Of a stretch of DNA of 64,000 nt, positions 24,623 through 35,200 are shown in pieces. The stretch lies in NCBI GenBank assembly GCA_963737655.1, contig CAVTTN010000002.1, forward strand, positions 6,400,001 to 6,464,000. The letters are read 5' to 3'. The notes under the pieces are model-generated. The model did no database searches and had not been told where the DNA came from. It was given only the letters and a program-made list of their open reading frames with translations. The position numbers were made by a program, and so were the translations under genes. Position 1 is the first letter of the stretch, and the number at the start of each line of letters is the position of its first letter. Origin of the DNA: an uncultured Planctomycetota bacterium. Its GTDB lineage: Bacteria > Planctomycetota > Planctomycetia > Isosphaerales > Isosphaeraceae.

Positions 24623-26308
24623 TCACAGCATCGGCAAGTCCAATTTCTCCTCCCCGGCGATCTTGCGGAGCTTCTCCTGGGCCCGGGACTCGATCTGGCG
24701 GACCCGTTCCTTGGTGATCCCGAGCTCCTTGCCGAGCTGCTCCAGCGTTTGCTCGTCGGCGCCTCCCAGGCCGAACCGGCTGATGATGATCCGGCGCTCG
24801 CGGTCGTCGAGCCGGCCGAGCATGCCCTTGACGGCGTCTTGCATCCGCTTCAGGGCGGTCTCGTACTCGTGCTCGTCGGCCCGGGTGTCGGCGGCGGCCT
24901 CGAACATCTCCTCGTGGCCGGTGACGAAGCGGTCCCGGCGGTAGTTCTCCTCGGGGATCGTCCGGGCGAAGTTCTTCATGATCGCCCAGGAGGCATACGT
25001 GCTGAACTTGTTGCCCCGGGCGTAGTCGAACTTCTCGACGGCGCGGATCAAGGACATGTTGCCGTCGGAGACCAGCTCGAAGAAGTTGTTGCTGGGGCCG
25101 ACATGCCTCTTGGCGATCGAGACGACCAGGCGCAGATTGGCCCGGATGATCTGGTTCTTGACCGCCAGGGCCTCTTCCTGGAGGGCCTCGATGCGGTCGA
25201 GGTCGGCGGATCGGGCCCGGGTGGGGTCGAGGGCCTCGCGGAGCTTGTGGGCCTGGCTCTTGAGGAAGTTCATCTTGCGGAAGAGGTGGGCTTCCTGCTC
25301 GCGGGACAGCAAGGGGACCTCGTACAGGCTCGCCAGGTACGGCGGCAAGCCCTTCGGGGCCCTGGTCTTGCGAGGGGCCTTGCCCGGCTCGGCCCCGGGG
25401 AGGTCGCCGAGGATCTCGGTGTGCTGGCCCGGCTCGTCGAAGAGCGGGTGGGGCATGAACTCCAGCTTCGTCTCCAGGATCTTCCTCGCCCTCATCTCGT
25501 TCAGGACGCGGTAGATGCTCGATCGGGTCCGGCCGAACTGCGAGGCCAGGGCCTCGGCCGCCACTCCCCGGCGGAAGAGGCGGTAGATCTGGGCCTTGGC
25601 CGCGTCGTCGAGCGTCGGCGCGATCGGGGCGAAGATGGCGCGGTCGGGGTGGTCGCGATCGAACGCCTTCAGCGCGGTTCGGACCGTCTCGGTGGACCGC
25701 CCGAGCTTCCGGCCGATCCTCCGGGCGATCTCGGTGAGCCGTCCCTCGCCGCCGACGACCGCCATCCTCCGGGCCCGGCGGATGATCTCGTCGCGCTCGT
25801 CGTCGGAGAGCTGCTTGAAGCGGGAGCCGCGGTCCACCTGCTCCTTGTGGGCGTCCACGAACCGCGAGACGCTCGATTCGAGGAACCCGACCTTGGCCCG
25901 GCCGTCGATGATGAACCGGCGGGCGACCAGGCCCTGGGTCCTCCAGCGGGTGACGGTCCGGGTCGAGACGTTGAACCTCTTGCCGACGGCCTCGACGGTC
26001 AACACCGGCTCGCTGGCCTGCTCGGCCTTCTGGCGGACGGTCTCGGAGAGGTCCTCGACGAACAGGCGGAGGTCGTGCAGGGCGTCCGCCCCGTCCAGGA
26101 CCAGGGCCGGGGCGCCTTCGGGCCGGAAACCGGTCACGCGGAAGCACAGATATTCATAGGGATAGCGCTTGGCGGCGTCGATCTCGCCCAGGAGCCTCTC
26201 GGCGCGGTCGATCTGCTCCAGCCGGCGTTCGCGAGGGGCGAACCTGGCCTGCTGCTCCTTGAGCTGCCGAAGCGCCGGATGATGGTAGGCATTGCCCATC
26301 CTGACCAC
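24623..26308 (-). CDS. Sigma-70 family factor with long multi-HTH N-terminal extension
   Basis: Region 1.2 (VPLLSREQE), region 2 (ANLRLVVSIAK, AVEKFD, FSTYASW), region 4 (TKERVRQIE); start may be ATG 26299. Confidence 0.9.
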   Translation of the reverse strand: MVRMGNAYHHPALRQLKEQQARFAPRERRLEQIDRAERLLGEIDAAKRYPYEYLCFRVTGFRPEGAPALVLDGADALHDLRLFVEDLSETVRQKAEQASEPVLTVEAVGKRFNVSTRTVTRWRTQGLVARRFIIDGRAKVGFLESSVSRFVDAHKEQVDRGSRFKQLSDDERDEIIRRARRMAVVGGEGRLTEIARRIGRKLGRSTETVRTALKAFDRDHPDRAIFAPIAPTLDDAAKAQIYRLFRRGVAAEALASQFGRTRSSIYRVLNEMRARKILETKLEFMPHPLFDEPGQHTEILGDLPGAEPGKAPRKTRAPKGLPPYLASLYEVPLLSREQEAHLFRKMNFLKSQAHKLREALDPTRARSADLDRIEALQEEALAVKNQIIRANLRLVVSIAKRHVGPSNNFFELVSDGNMSLIRAVEKFDYARGNKFSTYASWAIMKNFARTIPEENYRRDRFVTGHEEMFEAAADTRADEHEYETALKRMQDAVKGMLGRLDDRERRIIISRFGLGGADEQTLEQLGKELGITKERVRQIESRAQEKLRKIAGEEKLDLPML

Positions 26309-26825
26309 TCCCCCCGAGGGATCGCCCCGAGTCTCCCGGGACGGCCTTCCCTCATGAGCTTACGACACGGACGAGGGCCGGGCGGTCGAACCCTCGGCAT
26401 CGGGCTTCGGACCTTTAGACACGGCTCCCCCCGAAATCATTCGCGGATCGTCCGGGATTCTCGCCAATCCGCTCGCGTTTTTTCCCGACGCGTCGCCGAC
26501 GTCCAGGGTTCGCCCTGATTTTTCCTACGCAAACCGAATGCCTTCGGGACGAAGATTCCTGGACATTCGGCCAGAATGGCGGGGAATCGGCGCCCGGGGG
26601 TCGGGCCGTCGCCAATTTCCCGTCGCGTGACGGAAACGGCGCCAGGCTCGCGCAGGCCGGCCCGCCGCGGCCTCGCCGGGTGGCCTTGTCCCCGGCCGAT
26701 GGGAAGGCGGCGGGAGAGATCCTGTTTTCGGTCGGTCCTCCCACCGCCCTGATCGGGCGCGTCTCGATCCTGTTGCACCTCCTCACCACAGGGAGCGGGA
26801 TTGCTCCGCCAAAGATCACCCGGAA

Positions 26826-26855
26826 TTGACAGGATTCGCGGGTGCGAACTAGAGT
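26826..26855 (+). promoter_or_regulatory. Candidate sigma70 promoter
   Basis: TTGACA-N18-TAGAGT upstream of 26901. Confidence 0.45.
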
Positions 26856-26900
26856 GATCCCTCGGGGACGTCTCGACGATCGTGCCGAAGGAGGCTAAGG

Positions 26901-28247
26901 ATGGCTCGTTTCTGGACCTGCGCGCTCGCCTGGGCGGCCGTGACGGGCGGTGCCCGGGGTGGCGGGGTCGAGCTTCGCGAGGCGCCGGCCGTGGGATCAA
27001 CCAGCCGGGTCTTCCTGGAGATGAAAGCCTCGGGCACCTACCGGACGAAGTCCTCGCCGGCTGCGGCGAAGGCGGCCTCGACGAAGCCCCTGCCGATGAA
27101 GGTCGAGTCGCGGCTGGAGTTCGACGAACGGGTGCTCAAGGTCGGCGAGGACGGCCGGGCGTCGCGGACCGCCCGGAGGCTCCGCGACGCCGTGGCGGCG
27201 ATCGGCGAGGCCCGCCCGGCCCTGATCGAGGCCCGGACCGAGGTGGCCCTGCTCCTGGCCGAACGGCGCGACTCGGGGCCGGTGGTCGTCTGCCCCGGAG
27301 GGCCGCTGACCCGCCCCGAGCTGGACCTCCTCCAGGGGCCGGGCGATCCTCTGGCCCTCCCCGGTCTCCTGCCGACCTCGGCGGTGGCCGAGGGGGACCG
27401 CTGGAAGGTCTCCGACGAGGCCGCGAGGTCGTTGAGCGACTACGACAAGATCACGTCCAATGGCCTGGAGGCGAAGCTCGAATCGCTCGACGACGATCGG
27501 GCGAAGGTCCGCCTCGGCGGCGAGGTCAAGGGCTCGGCCCGAGGCGGCGAGGGGACGATCACGTTCACGGGACGGATGGTCTTCGACCGCCGGACGTCGC
27601 GGATCACCCGGGTGGAGCTCTCGCGGACCGAGTCGCGAGAGGCGGGCCCCGTCGAGCTGGGATTCGACGTCAAGAGCACGCTGAACATCGAGAGAAGCCC
27701 CGTCGAGGTGCCGCCGGGCCTGGCCGATGCCGTGGTCGAGGCGCTGCCGAAGGACAGCGACCCGAGGCGCGAATGGCTCCTGCTCGCCCCCTCGGGCGCC
27801 CGCTACTCGCTGGAGCACGACCGCGACTGGCACCAGACGGCCGACGAGCCGAGGCAAGTCGTCCTCCGACGGATCGAGGGCGGTGGGCTGGTCGCCCAGT
27901 GCAATCTGGTGGTCGGGCCGTCGGCCGGCAAGGGTCGTCACCAAGATCCGGAGTCGTTTCGGGACGACATCCGCAAGGCGCTGGGCCCGCGGTTCGTGGC
28001 GTTCCTCGGAGCGGGGGAGGTCGAGGGGCCGGACGAGTCGTCGTATTCCTACAAGGTGGCCGTCCAGGGACGGGAGGGAGATCTTGGCGTACTTTGGTAT
28101 TATTACCTGATGGCGGGCCCCGAGGGGGACCAGCTCCTGGCGACCTTCACCCTGGAGCTCGGGGCCGAGAAGGCATTCGCGGGCGAGGACCCTCGGATGC
28201 TCGGAACCCTCCGCTGGAAGGGCCCCGACGCCCGGCCTCGACAATGA
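26901..28247 (+). CDS. Hypothetical exported protein
   Basis: AGGAGG upstream, signal-peptide-like start, GC3-rich codons. Confidence 0.8.
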   Translation: MARFWTCALAWAAVTGGARGGGVELREAPAVGSTSRVFLEMKASGTYRTKSSPAAAKAASTKPLPMKVESRLEFDERVLKVGEDGRASRTARRLRDAVAAIGEARPALIEARTEVALLLAERRDSGPVVVCPGGPLTRPELDLLQGPGDPLALPGLLPTSAVAEGDRWKVSDEAARSLSDYDKITSNGLEAKLESLDDDRAKVRLGGEVKGSARGGEGTITFTGRMVFDRRTSRITRVELSRTESREAGPVELGFDVKSTLNIERSPVEVPPGLADAVVEALPKDSDPRREWLLLAPSGARYSLEHDRDWHQTADEPRQVVLRRIEGGGLVAQCNLVVGPSAGKGRHQDPESFRDDIRKALGPRFVAFLGAGEVEGPDESSYSYKVAVQGREGDLGVLWYYYLMAGPEGDQLLATFTLELGAEKAFAGEDPRMLGTLRWKGPDARPRQ

Positions 28248-28290
28248 CCGCTCCTGCCGCTCTTGCCGGAGCCGGCGGGGCCCTCGAAAG

Positions 28291-29883
28291 GTGAACACCC
28301 GAATGAATACGCCCGCGAGACGATCCACCTGGCTCGCCCTGGCCCTCCTGGCCGTGGTCAGCTCCGCCCCGGGCCAGGCGCCGGCGCCTCCTCCGGCCCC
28401 GGGCCGGGCCCCGCCGAATTCGCCCGCCCCATCCCCGGCGCCCTCGCCCGCCCCCGCGCCGATCCCTCCCGCTCCGGCCGATGACGCCCCGGCCCCTCCC
28501 GCTCAGGAGGCGGCTCCGCCCCAGAGCGTGGCGAGCCTGACGGCCGGCTATCGCCTCCAGGAGCGGTTTACTCCGGGCGAGGACCGCGGCCGGGCCGTCG
28601 GCCAGACTCAGGTGGCCTTCAAGGAGACGACCTCTCGCGATGACGCCGGGGCGAAGGAGCCGGTGGTCTACCGGGTCACCTTCAGCGAGCGCCCGGCGGT
28701 CCTCAGCCCGACCGACGACCGGGTCCCGACCGATCTGATCCGCCACTACGACTCGGTCGCCGTCACGCCCGACCCGTGGAAGGGCCGGAAAGGCCGCCGC
28801 CCCCTGGACGGACTGACGGTCTGGTATCGCGAGCAAGTCGGCGAGCCGCCCCTGGTCATGGTCCTGACCCCGGGACGGTCGCTCCGCGAGGAGGAATATC
28901 GGTTCGCGATCAATTATGAGTTCGTCCCCAAGCTCAGCCTGCTCCTGCCCGAGCTCCCGGTCAAGCTCGGCGAGGGCTGGAAGGTCGCCAAGGCCGGCGC
29001 GGTGGCCCTGGTCAACGACGAGGTCCGCTCCGGGGTGCTCTCGGCGAAGCTCACCTCCATCGTGGCCCACCCCAGGAACCCGGGCCAGCAGCTCGCCACG
29101 ATCGACGTGACGGGCCGGCTCCAGACCGGCGACGAAACGGCGACGTTTGAGACCCTGGTCCGGGCCCGCCTCGGCTTCGCCTTCATCCCGGCGCCCCACG
29201 CCGCCGATGCCCCGGTGATCGACGCCCCCGGGATGATCGAGAAGCTCAGCCTGGGTCAGAGCTCCTCGCTGCCAATCCCCGAGACCGGGCGGAAGCTGAC
29301 GATCAAGAGGGAACTCGTCCTGGCGCGAAAACGGCCCGGCGACGACCCGCCCCTGGTCCTGCCCGACCCCGCCCCGGAACCCACGGCGGCGAATTCCTGG
29401 CTGACCTTCTCCGACAAGGACGGCCGGTTCCACTTCCGTCATCCCCAGGGCTACCAGCCCGTGTTTCCCCCGGGCCTGCCCAACGTCGTGGACCTCAGGC
29501 GCTATCACGCCGACTCCCCCGACGACATCGTCCGGATCGATTTCCAACCGCAGCTGGACACCAAGCCCGAGGCCATGTTCCAGAGGCTCACCGACGAATG
29601 GAGAGACCAGGGGATCGAGGTCGTCCCCGGGCAGACCCACAAGCTCCCCTCGGCCGACTGGCCGGGCATGACCGTCCACCACATGGAAGCCGCCCTGACC
29701 CTGGGCGAGGGGACCGGCCGGGCCGGGCTCCGGCGCTATTTCGACGGCTACATCATGAGCTTCTCCAACGGCTCGAAGGTCCGGGTCAGCGCCACCACGT
29801 TCCAGGACCAGCCCGCCAGCTTCCGCAAGCAGGTGGAATCCATGCTCAAGACCATCCAGCTCGGGGCCCCGCCCACCGAGTAG
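28291..29883 (+). CDS. Hypothetical exported protein with Pro/Ala-rich linker
   Basis: Signal peptide WLALALLAVV, PAP repeats; start may be 28303. Confidence 0.8.
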   Translation: MNTRMNTPARRSTWLALALLAVVSSAPGQAPAPPPAPGRAPPNSPAPSPAPSPAPAPIPPAPADDAPAPPAQEAAPPQSVASLTAGYRLQERFTPGEDRGRAVGQTQVAFKETTSRDDAGAKEPVVYRVTFSERPAVLSPTDDRVPTDLIRHYDSVAVTPDPWKGRKGRRPLDGLTVWYREQVGEPPLVMVLTPGRSLREEEYRFAINYEFVPKLSLLLPELPVKLGEGWKVAKAGAVALVNDEVRSGVLSAKLTSIVAHPRNPGQQLATIDVTGRLQTGDETATFETLVRARLGFAFIPAPHAADAPVIDAPGMIEKLSLGQSSSLPIPETGRKLTIKRELVLARKRPGDDPPLVLPDPAPEPTAANSWLTFSDKDGRFHFRHPQGYQPVFPPGLPNVVDLRRYHADSPDDIVRIDFQPQLDTKPEAMFQRLTDEWRDQGIEVVPGQTHKLPSADWPGMTVHHMEAALTLGEGTGRAGLRRYFDGYIMSFSNGSKVRVSATTFQDQPASFRKQVESMLKTIQLGAPPTE

Positions 29884-29892
29884 GGGCCTCTC

Positions 29893-30813
29893 TCATGAAC
29901 CCGAGGTCAGGGCCGAGGCCACCTCTCCGGCCAGGGCGGCGTTCCGGACGATCAGGGCGCGGTTCGCCACGAGGCTCCGGCCTCCGGTCGCCTGGCGGAT
30001 CGCGTCCAGGAGGAACGGGGTGATCGCCTTGCCCCGGACCCCTTCGGCCTCGGCTCGGGCGATCGCGGTAGCAACCCGGGCCTCCATCTCGTCCCGGGGG
30101 ATTTCCAGGGATTCGGGAACCGGTTGGGCCAGGACCACGGCGCCGGGCAACCCCAGGCGGCGGTGCTCCCGGATCATCCCGGCGGCCTCCTCGACCGAGT
30201 CGGCCCGCCAGTCCAGGGGAAGGCCGCTGGATCGGGTGGTGAACGCCGGGAATTCGCCCGTGCGGTAACCGACCATCGCCACGCCGAGCGTTTCGAGCCG
30301 CTCCAGGGTCGCCGAGACGTCCAGGATCGACTTGACTCCCGAGCAGATGACCGCGATCCCGTCGCCTCGGGCCAGCTCGTCCAGGTCGGTGGATTCGTCG
30401 AACGTCTCCGAAGCCCCGCGATGGACGCCTCCGAGCCCGCCGGTGGCCATCGCGCCGATCCCGGCGATCCGGGCGAGATGAAGGGTGGCCGAGACCGTCG
30501 TGGCGGCGTCCTTCTTGCCGGCGACCGCCGGCCCGAGGTCCCTCCGCCCCGCCTTGACGACTCCCCGGGCCGAGGCGAGCCGCTCCAGGCCGGCCGGGTC
30601 GAGCCCCAGGCGGACGATTCCTCCGATCACGGCAACCGTCGCGGGGATCGCCCCGGAGCGCCTCACGGCCTCCTCGGACTCCCGGGCCGTCTCCAGGTTG
30701 TCCGGCCAGGGCAGGCCGTGGGCGATCAAGGTCGATTCCAGGGCCACGACCGCCCGGCCGGTCTCCAGGGCCTGGGCGACCTCGTCGGAGAGACGAAACG
30801 GTGAATTTTTCAT
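29893..30813 (-). CDS. psuG: Pseudouridine-5'-phosphate glycosidase
   Basis: VVALESTLIAHGLPWP, ATTVSAT, ATGGLGGVHRG, GKAITPFLL. Confidence 0.95.
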   Translation of the reverse strand: MKNSPFRLSDEVAQALETGRAVVALESTLIAHGLPWPDNLETARESEEAVRRSGAIPATVAVIGGIVRLGLDPAGLERLASARGVVKAGRRDLGPAVAGKKDAATTVSATLHLARIAGIGAMATGGLGGVHRGASETFDESTDLDELARGDGIAVICSGVKSILDVSATLERLETLGVAMVGYRTGEFPAFTTRSSGLPLDWRADSVEEAAGMIREHRRLGLPGAVVLAQPVPESLEIPRDEMEARVATAIARAEAEGVRGKAITPFLLDAIRQATGGRSLVANRALIVRNAALAGEVASALTSGS

Positions 30814-30927
30814 GAAGACTGGTCGCCGAAATCGGTCGATGTCGTGAAGGACGATCGTTCTCCGCCTGTCCGAGCGTATAATGGGCCGTCGCCCTCGGCC
30901 AGCCCCAAGTCTCATCCGCTCGCCCTC

Positions 30928-32268
30928 ATGCGCGTTATCTTGGATGTCGTCCAGGGCCCCCGCAAGGGCCGCTCGTTCGTCGTCGAGGGCCACGACACGT
31001 TCATCGTGGGTCGGTCCCGGTTGGTCCACTGCGCCATGCCGGAGGACTCCGCCCTGTCTCGCGACCATTTCCTGATCGAGATCCAGCCGCCTCGGTGCGA
31101 GCTGCGCGACCTGGGGAGCACCAACGGGACATTCGTGAACGATCAGAGGGTGGACCGGGCGCGGCTGGACTCGGGGGACCGGATCGCGGCCGGTCAGAGC
31201 GTGTTCCTGGTGAAGGTGGAGGGGGCGCCTCCGCCGGAGGTGCGGATCACGACGGGGAGGACGGCCGAGGCGGTCTCCGGGCCCGCTTCGTTGCTCGGCC
31301 AGCCCGGCTCGATCGCCTGCTCGGGCTGCGGAGTGCTCGCCCCTCCGGGGATCGACGTGGCCAGCGGGTCCAACCCCGATCATCGCGAGTCGATCACCTG
31401 GCTCTGCGACGCCTGCCGGGCCGAGGTCGCCACCACCTTCCAGCCCGTGCCCCACTACACCACCCTCCGAGAGCTGGGCCGAGGGGCGATGGGCGTGGTC
31501 TACCTCGCCTCGCACCAGCTCACCGGGCGGAAGGTCGCCCTGAAGCTGATCGCGCCGGAAACGGCCGCGGCACGGTCCGCGATCGACCGCTTCCTCCGCG
31601 AGATGAACGTGATCAGCCAGCTCAAGCACCCGAACATCGTCGAGTACTTCGAGCAGGGGACGACCCGGGGCCAGTTCTGGTTCGCGATGGAATACGTCTC
31701 GGGCCCGAACCTGGAGGAGGTCGCCTCCACGGACCCGGGCAAGTACCCGATCGTCCAGGCATGCCGGATGACTTATCAGGTGCTCAAGGGCCTGGAGCAC
31801 GCGCATTCGCTCGGCTACGTCCACCGGGACATCAAGCCGGAAAACATCCTGATCGGCAAGTCGTCCCAGGGCCTCACGGCCAAGATCTCCGATTTCGGCC
31901 TGGCCAAGAGCTTCCGGGGGATCGGCCTCTCGGGCCTCACGTTCTCCGGCGAGATGCGGGGGACGATCCCGTTCATGCCGCCGGAGCAGGTCCTCGACTT
32001 CAAGAAGGTGCTGCCTTCGGGCGACCTCTACGCCACGGCGGCGACGCTCTATTACATCATCGCCGGGAAGTTCATCTACGACGAGCTGGCCGACGGCGGG
32101 GACATCATCCGGATGCTCCTGGAGGAGCCGCCGGTGCCGATCCAGACCCGGAGGCCGGAGGTGCCCTCGGGGCTGGCCCGAGTCTTGCAGAAATGCTTGG
32201 CCCGCGATCCCGCCGACCGTTATCCTACAGCGGGCGAGATGCGCAAGGCGCTCCGGCCGTTCTGCTGA
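30928..32268 (+). CDS. FHA + Cys4 + Ser/Thr protein kinase
   Basis: FHA (GRS, SRDH, STNGTFVN), CSGC/CDAC, GRGAMG, HRDIKPEN, DFG. Confidence 0.93.
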   Translation: MRVILDVVQGPRKGRSFVVEGHDTFIVGRSRLVHCAMPEDSALSRDHFLIEIQPPRCELRDLGSTNGTFVNDQRVDRARLDSGDRIAAGQSVFLVKVEGAPPPEVRITTGRTAEAVSGPASLLGQPGSIACSGCGVLAPPGIDVASGSNPDHRESITWLCDACRAEVATTFQPVPHYTTLRELGRGAMGVVYLASHQLTGRKVALKLIAPETAAARSAIDRFLREMNVISQLKHPNIVEYFEQGTTRGQFWFAMEYVSGPNLEEVASTDPGKYPIVQACRMTYQVLKGLEHAHSLGYVHRDIKPENILIGKSSQGLTAKISDFGLAKSFRGIGLSGLTFSGEMRGTIPFMPPEQVLDFKKVLPSGDLYATAATLYYIIAGKFIYDELADGGDIIRMLLEEPPVPIQTRRPEVPSGLARVLQKCLARDPADRYPTAGEMRKALRPFC

Positions 32269-32294
32269 GCCGCCCCGAGCCTCGGGTTCCCCCC

Positions 32295-35200
32295 ATGGAA
32301 GACCGCGAGACCTGCGACGACCCCCCCGGCTCCGCGCCGACGTCGGGGTTCGACGACGCCTCGACCGGGCCGATGGCGCCCGGGGAGAAGACCCCGACCC
32401 TATCCAACCCGGCCGACGAGGACGGCACGGACCCGGGTCTCGGGCGCGAGCGGCCGGCGATCGACCCGGACGCGTTCCTCCAAACCTTGCAGAGACTGGG
32501 CCTGATCGACGCCGCCGAGGCCGATCTCCGGCGGCGATCGCCGGGGGAAGCCGCCGACCCTCGGGCCCTGGATCGCCTGGCCGAATCCTGGATCGCCTCG
32601 GGGCGAATCACCCGGTTCCAGGCCGAGGCGGTCCGCAGGGGGGACGGGGATCGCCTGATCCTGGGGAATTACCTCCTGGTCGGTCGCCTCGGCGCCGGAG
32701 GCATGGGCGAGGTCTACAAGGCCGTCCATCGCCGCCTGAAGCGAGTGGCGGCGCTCAAGAGGCTACCCGAATCGGTCGCCAGCCATCCGGCCGCCCTGCT
32801 CCGGTTCCAGAGGGAATCCGAGGTCATGGCCCGGCTGAACCACCCGAACGTGGTGGCCGTCTACGACGCCGGGGAATCGGCCGGCCACCCCTACCTCGTG
32901 ATGGAGTTTCTCGAGGGGGACGACCTCTGGCGGAGGGTCCAGGACCGGGGGCCGATGGCCGTGGATGAGGCCGTTGACGCCGTGATCCAGGCCGCTCGGG
33001 GGGTGGGAGCGGCCCACGACCGGGGGATCATCCACCGCGACATCAAGCCCTCGAACCTCCTGATGGACGCCTCGGGGATCGTCAAGGTGCTCGACCTCGG
33101 CCTGGCCCGGGTCGTCGAGGAGGCCGATCGCAGCACGATCGAGGGACTGACCCAGGACGGGGTGGTCATGGGCACGCCCGGGTACATGGCCCCGGAGCAG
33201 ATCGACGACTCGCGGCAGGCGGACCATCGGTCCGACGTCTACAGCCTGGGCTGCACCCTCCACTTCCTCCTGACCGGAAGCCCGCCGTATCCGGCCCCGA
33301 CGACGACCGAGAGGCTCCTGGCCCACACCCGGAGGCCGATCCCCTCCCTCCGCCAGGCCCGGTCGGATGTGCCCGAAGCCCTGGACCTCGCCTTCACCCG
33401 GATGCTGGCCAAGGCCCCCGAGGATCGCCTCCAGACGATGGCCGACGTCATCGCCTTGCTCGAGGGGATCGCCCCGACGGGCCGCGCGATCGATCCCGGG
33501 CGAAAGGAAGGGGTCGTCTCGACCGACCCGCCTCCGGGCCGATTTCCGATTCGGGTGCCCCTGCTGCTCGGGGCGGTCCTGGTGGTTGCCCTGCTCGCGG
33601 CCGGGCGATTCGCCCTCCTCGGGAGGCGAGCGTCGGAGGTGGTGACGCGATCGCCGGGCCCCGCCCGGACCGTCACCCGACCGGGCCTCTTCTCGGCCCT
33701 CCTCGACGCCAGGAACGAGGAGCTGACGGCCTGGTGCACGCGGGTCGCCGAACTGAAGATGATGCCGATCCAGATCAGCGGCCATGACGTGGCGGGATCG
33801 CCTCGCTTCGCCGCCGTGGCCCTGCCGAACCCCGACAACCTCGAGTGGGCCGCCCGCCGGGTTCCGGTCGATGTCCCATTCCAGACCCACTTCGACGACA
33901 TGCTCGGCAACCGCTGGTGGCCCCTGAGCATCAGCCTGTTCGACGTCCAGGGCCAGGCCTCCGGGTCGAGCCTCTGGATCGATGAGAAGGTCCTGGCCGA
34001 CCGGAAACACTATTGCTGGTCGGACATCCCGCCGAAGGAATTCCTCGCGAAGTGCGACGAAGGGGACGCCGAGAGGCGCCTGGTCTACCTCTCCGCCCGG
34101 CCGAGCGGCGAGGAGGTCCTGTTCAGCGGCCTCTGGACGACCGACCCGGTGCCGGTCGCGGGCAAGGTCATGAAAATCGACCTGACCGCCGAACGCTTCG
34201 CCGAGTTCCTGGCCGAGAAGAAGGGCCAGGGCTTCCGGCCGACCTCCGCCACCGCGTATCGCTCCGGGGAGACGACCCTTTTCGGCGTGACGATGGTCAA
34301 CGACGGCGACGCTCGGCCCTGGGACGTCGAGTTCGGCCTCTCGACGGACGCCCTCGCCCAGGCCCTGGAACGCCGGGGCGACGACCGGGTGATCCCCCTG
34401 GAAATCACCGGGTATCGCGAGGGGGGCCGGAGTCGATACCTGGTGATCTGGTGCCGGGAGGTCCCCGGGAAGCCCGTGAAGGAGGGCCTCCGGCTGCCCC
34501 CCCGGTCCGCCGCTCCGCCGCTCGATCCGGCCGCCGTCCCCTCGACCGGATCGACCCGCCCGGAGCTCGCCTCGCTGGACGATCTCATCCGGCGGTTCGT
34601 CGCCGAGCACGGCGGGCCCGGCGCCGCCCTGGCCGTGGCCAAGGACGGCCGCCTCGTCTATGCCCGGGGCTTCGGCCTGGCCGACCGCGAGACGAAGGAG
34701 CCGGTCCATCCCGACTCCCTGTTCCGGATCGCCAGCGTGAGCAAGCCGGTGACGGCCTCCGCGGTGATGCTCCTGGCCCAGAGGGGCAAGCTCCAGCTCG
34801 ACGACCTGGCCATCGACGTCCTGAAGCGTCGGCCCGGGCCCAACCCCGAAGCGCCGATCCCCCCGGGATGGCGAAAGGTGACGATCCGCGACCTCCTCCA
34901 GCACACCTCCGGCTGGGACCCGGACCGGGACGATCCGGCCGTCGAGGCGGTCCTGCGGGAGCGGGGAACCTTCCCGGCCCCTCCCGAAACGGCCGTGAGG
35001 GCGATGATCGGCCGGCCCCCCTCGCTGGAACCGGGCCAGGTCCACCGCTATGCCAACGCCAATTACCAGATGCTGGGGCGGGTGATCGAGGCCGCCTCGG
35101 GACAATCCTACGAGGCGTTCGTCCGCCAGGACGTGCTCGCCCCCCTGGGCATCGGCCGGATGCGGCTGGGAGGGAGCCGCCCGGCCGACCGGCTCCCCGG

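Noticed and set aside
8725..30813. Functional link between RluA and psuG
   Set aside because: They are 20 kb apart among unrelated genes; likely coincidence
31095..32294. N-terminal 400 aa of the 1547-aa ORF
   Set aside because: Out-of-frame overlap with the FHA kinase; Arg/Pro/Gly-rich noise; real start taken at 32295
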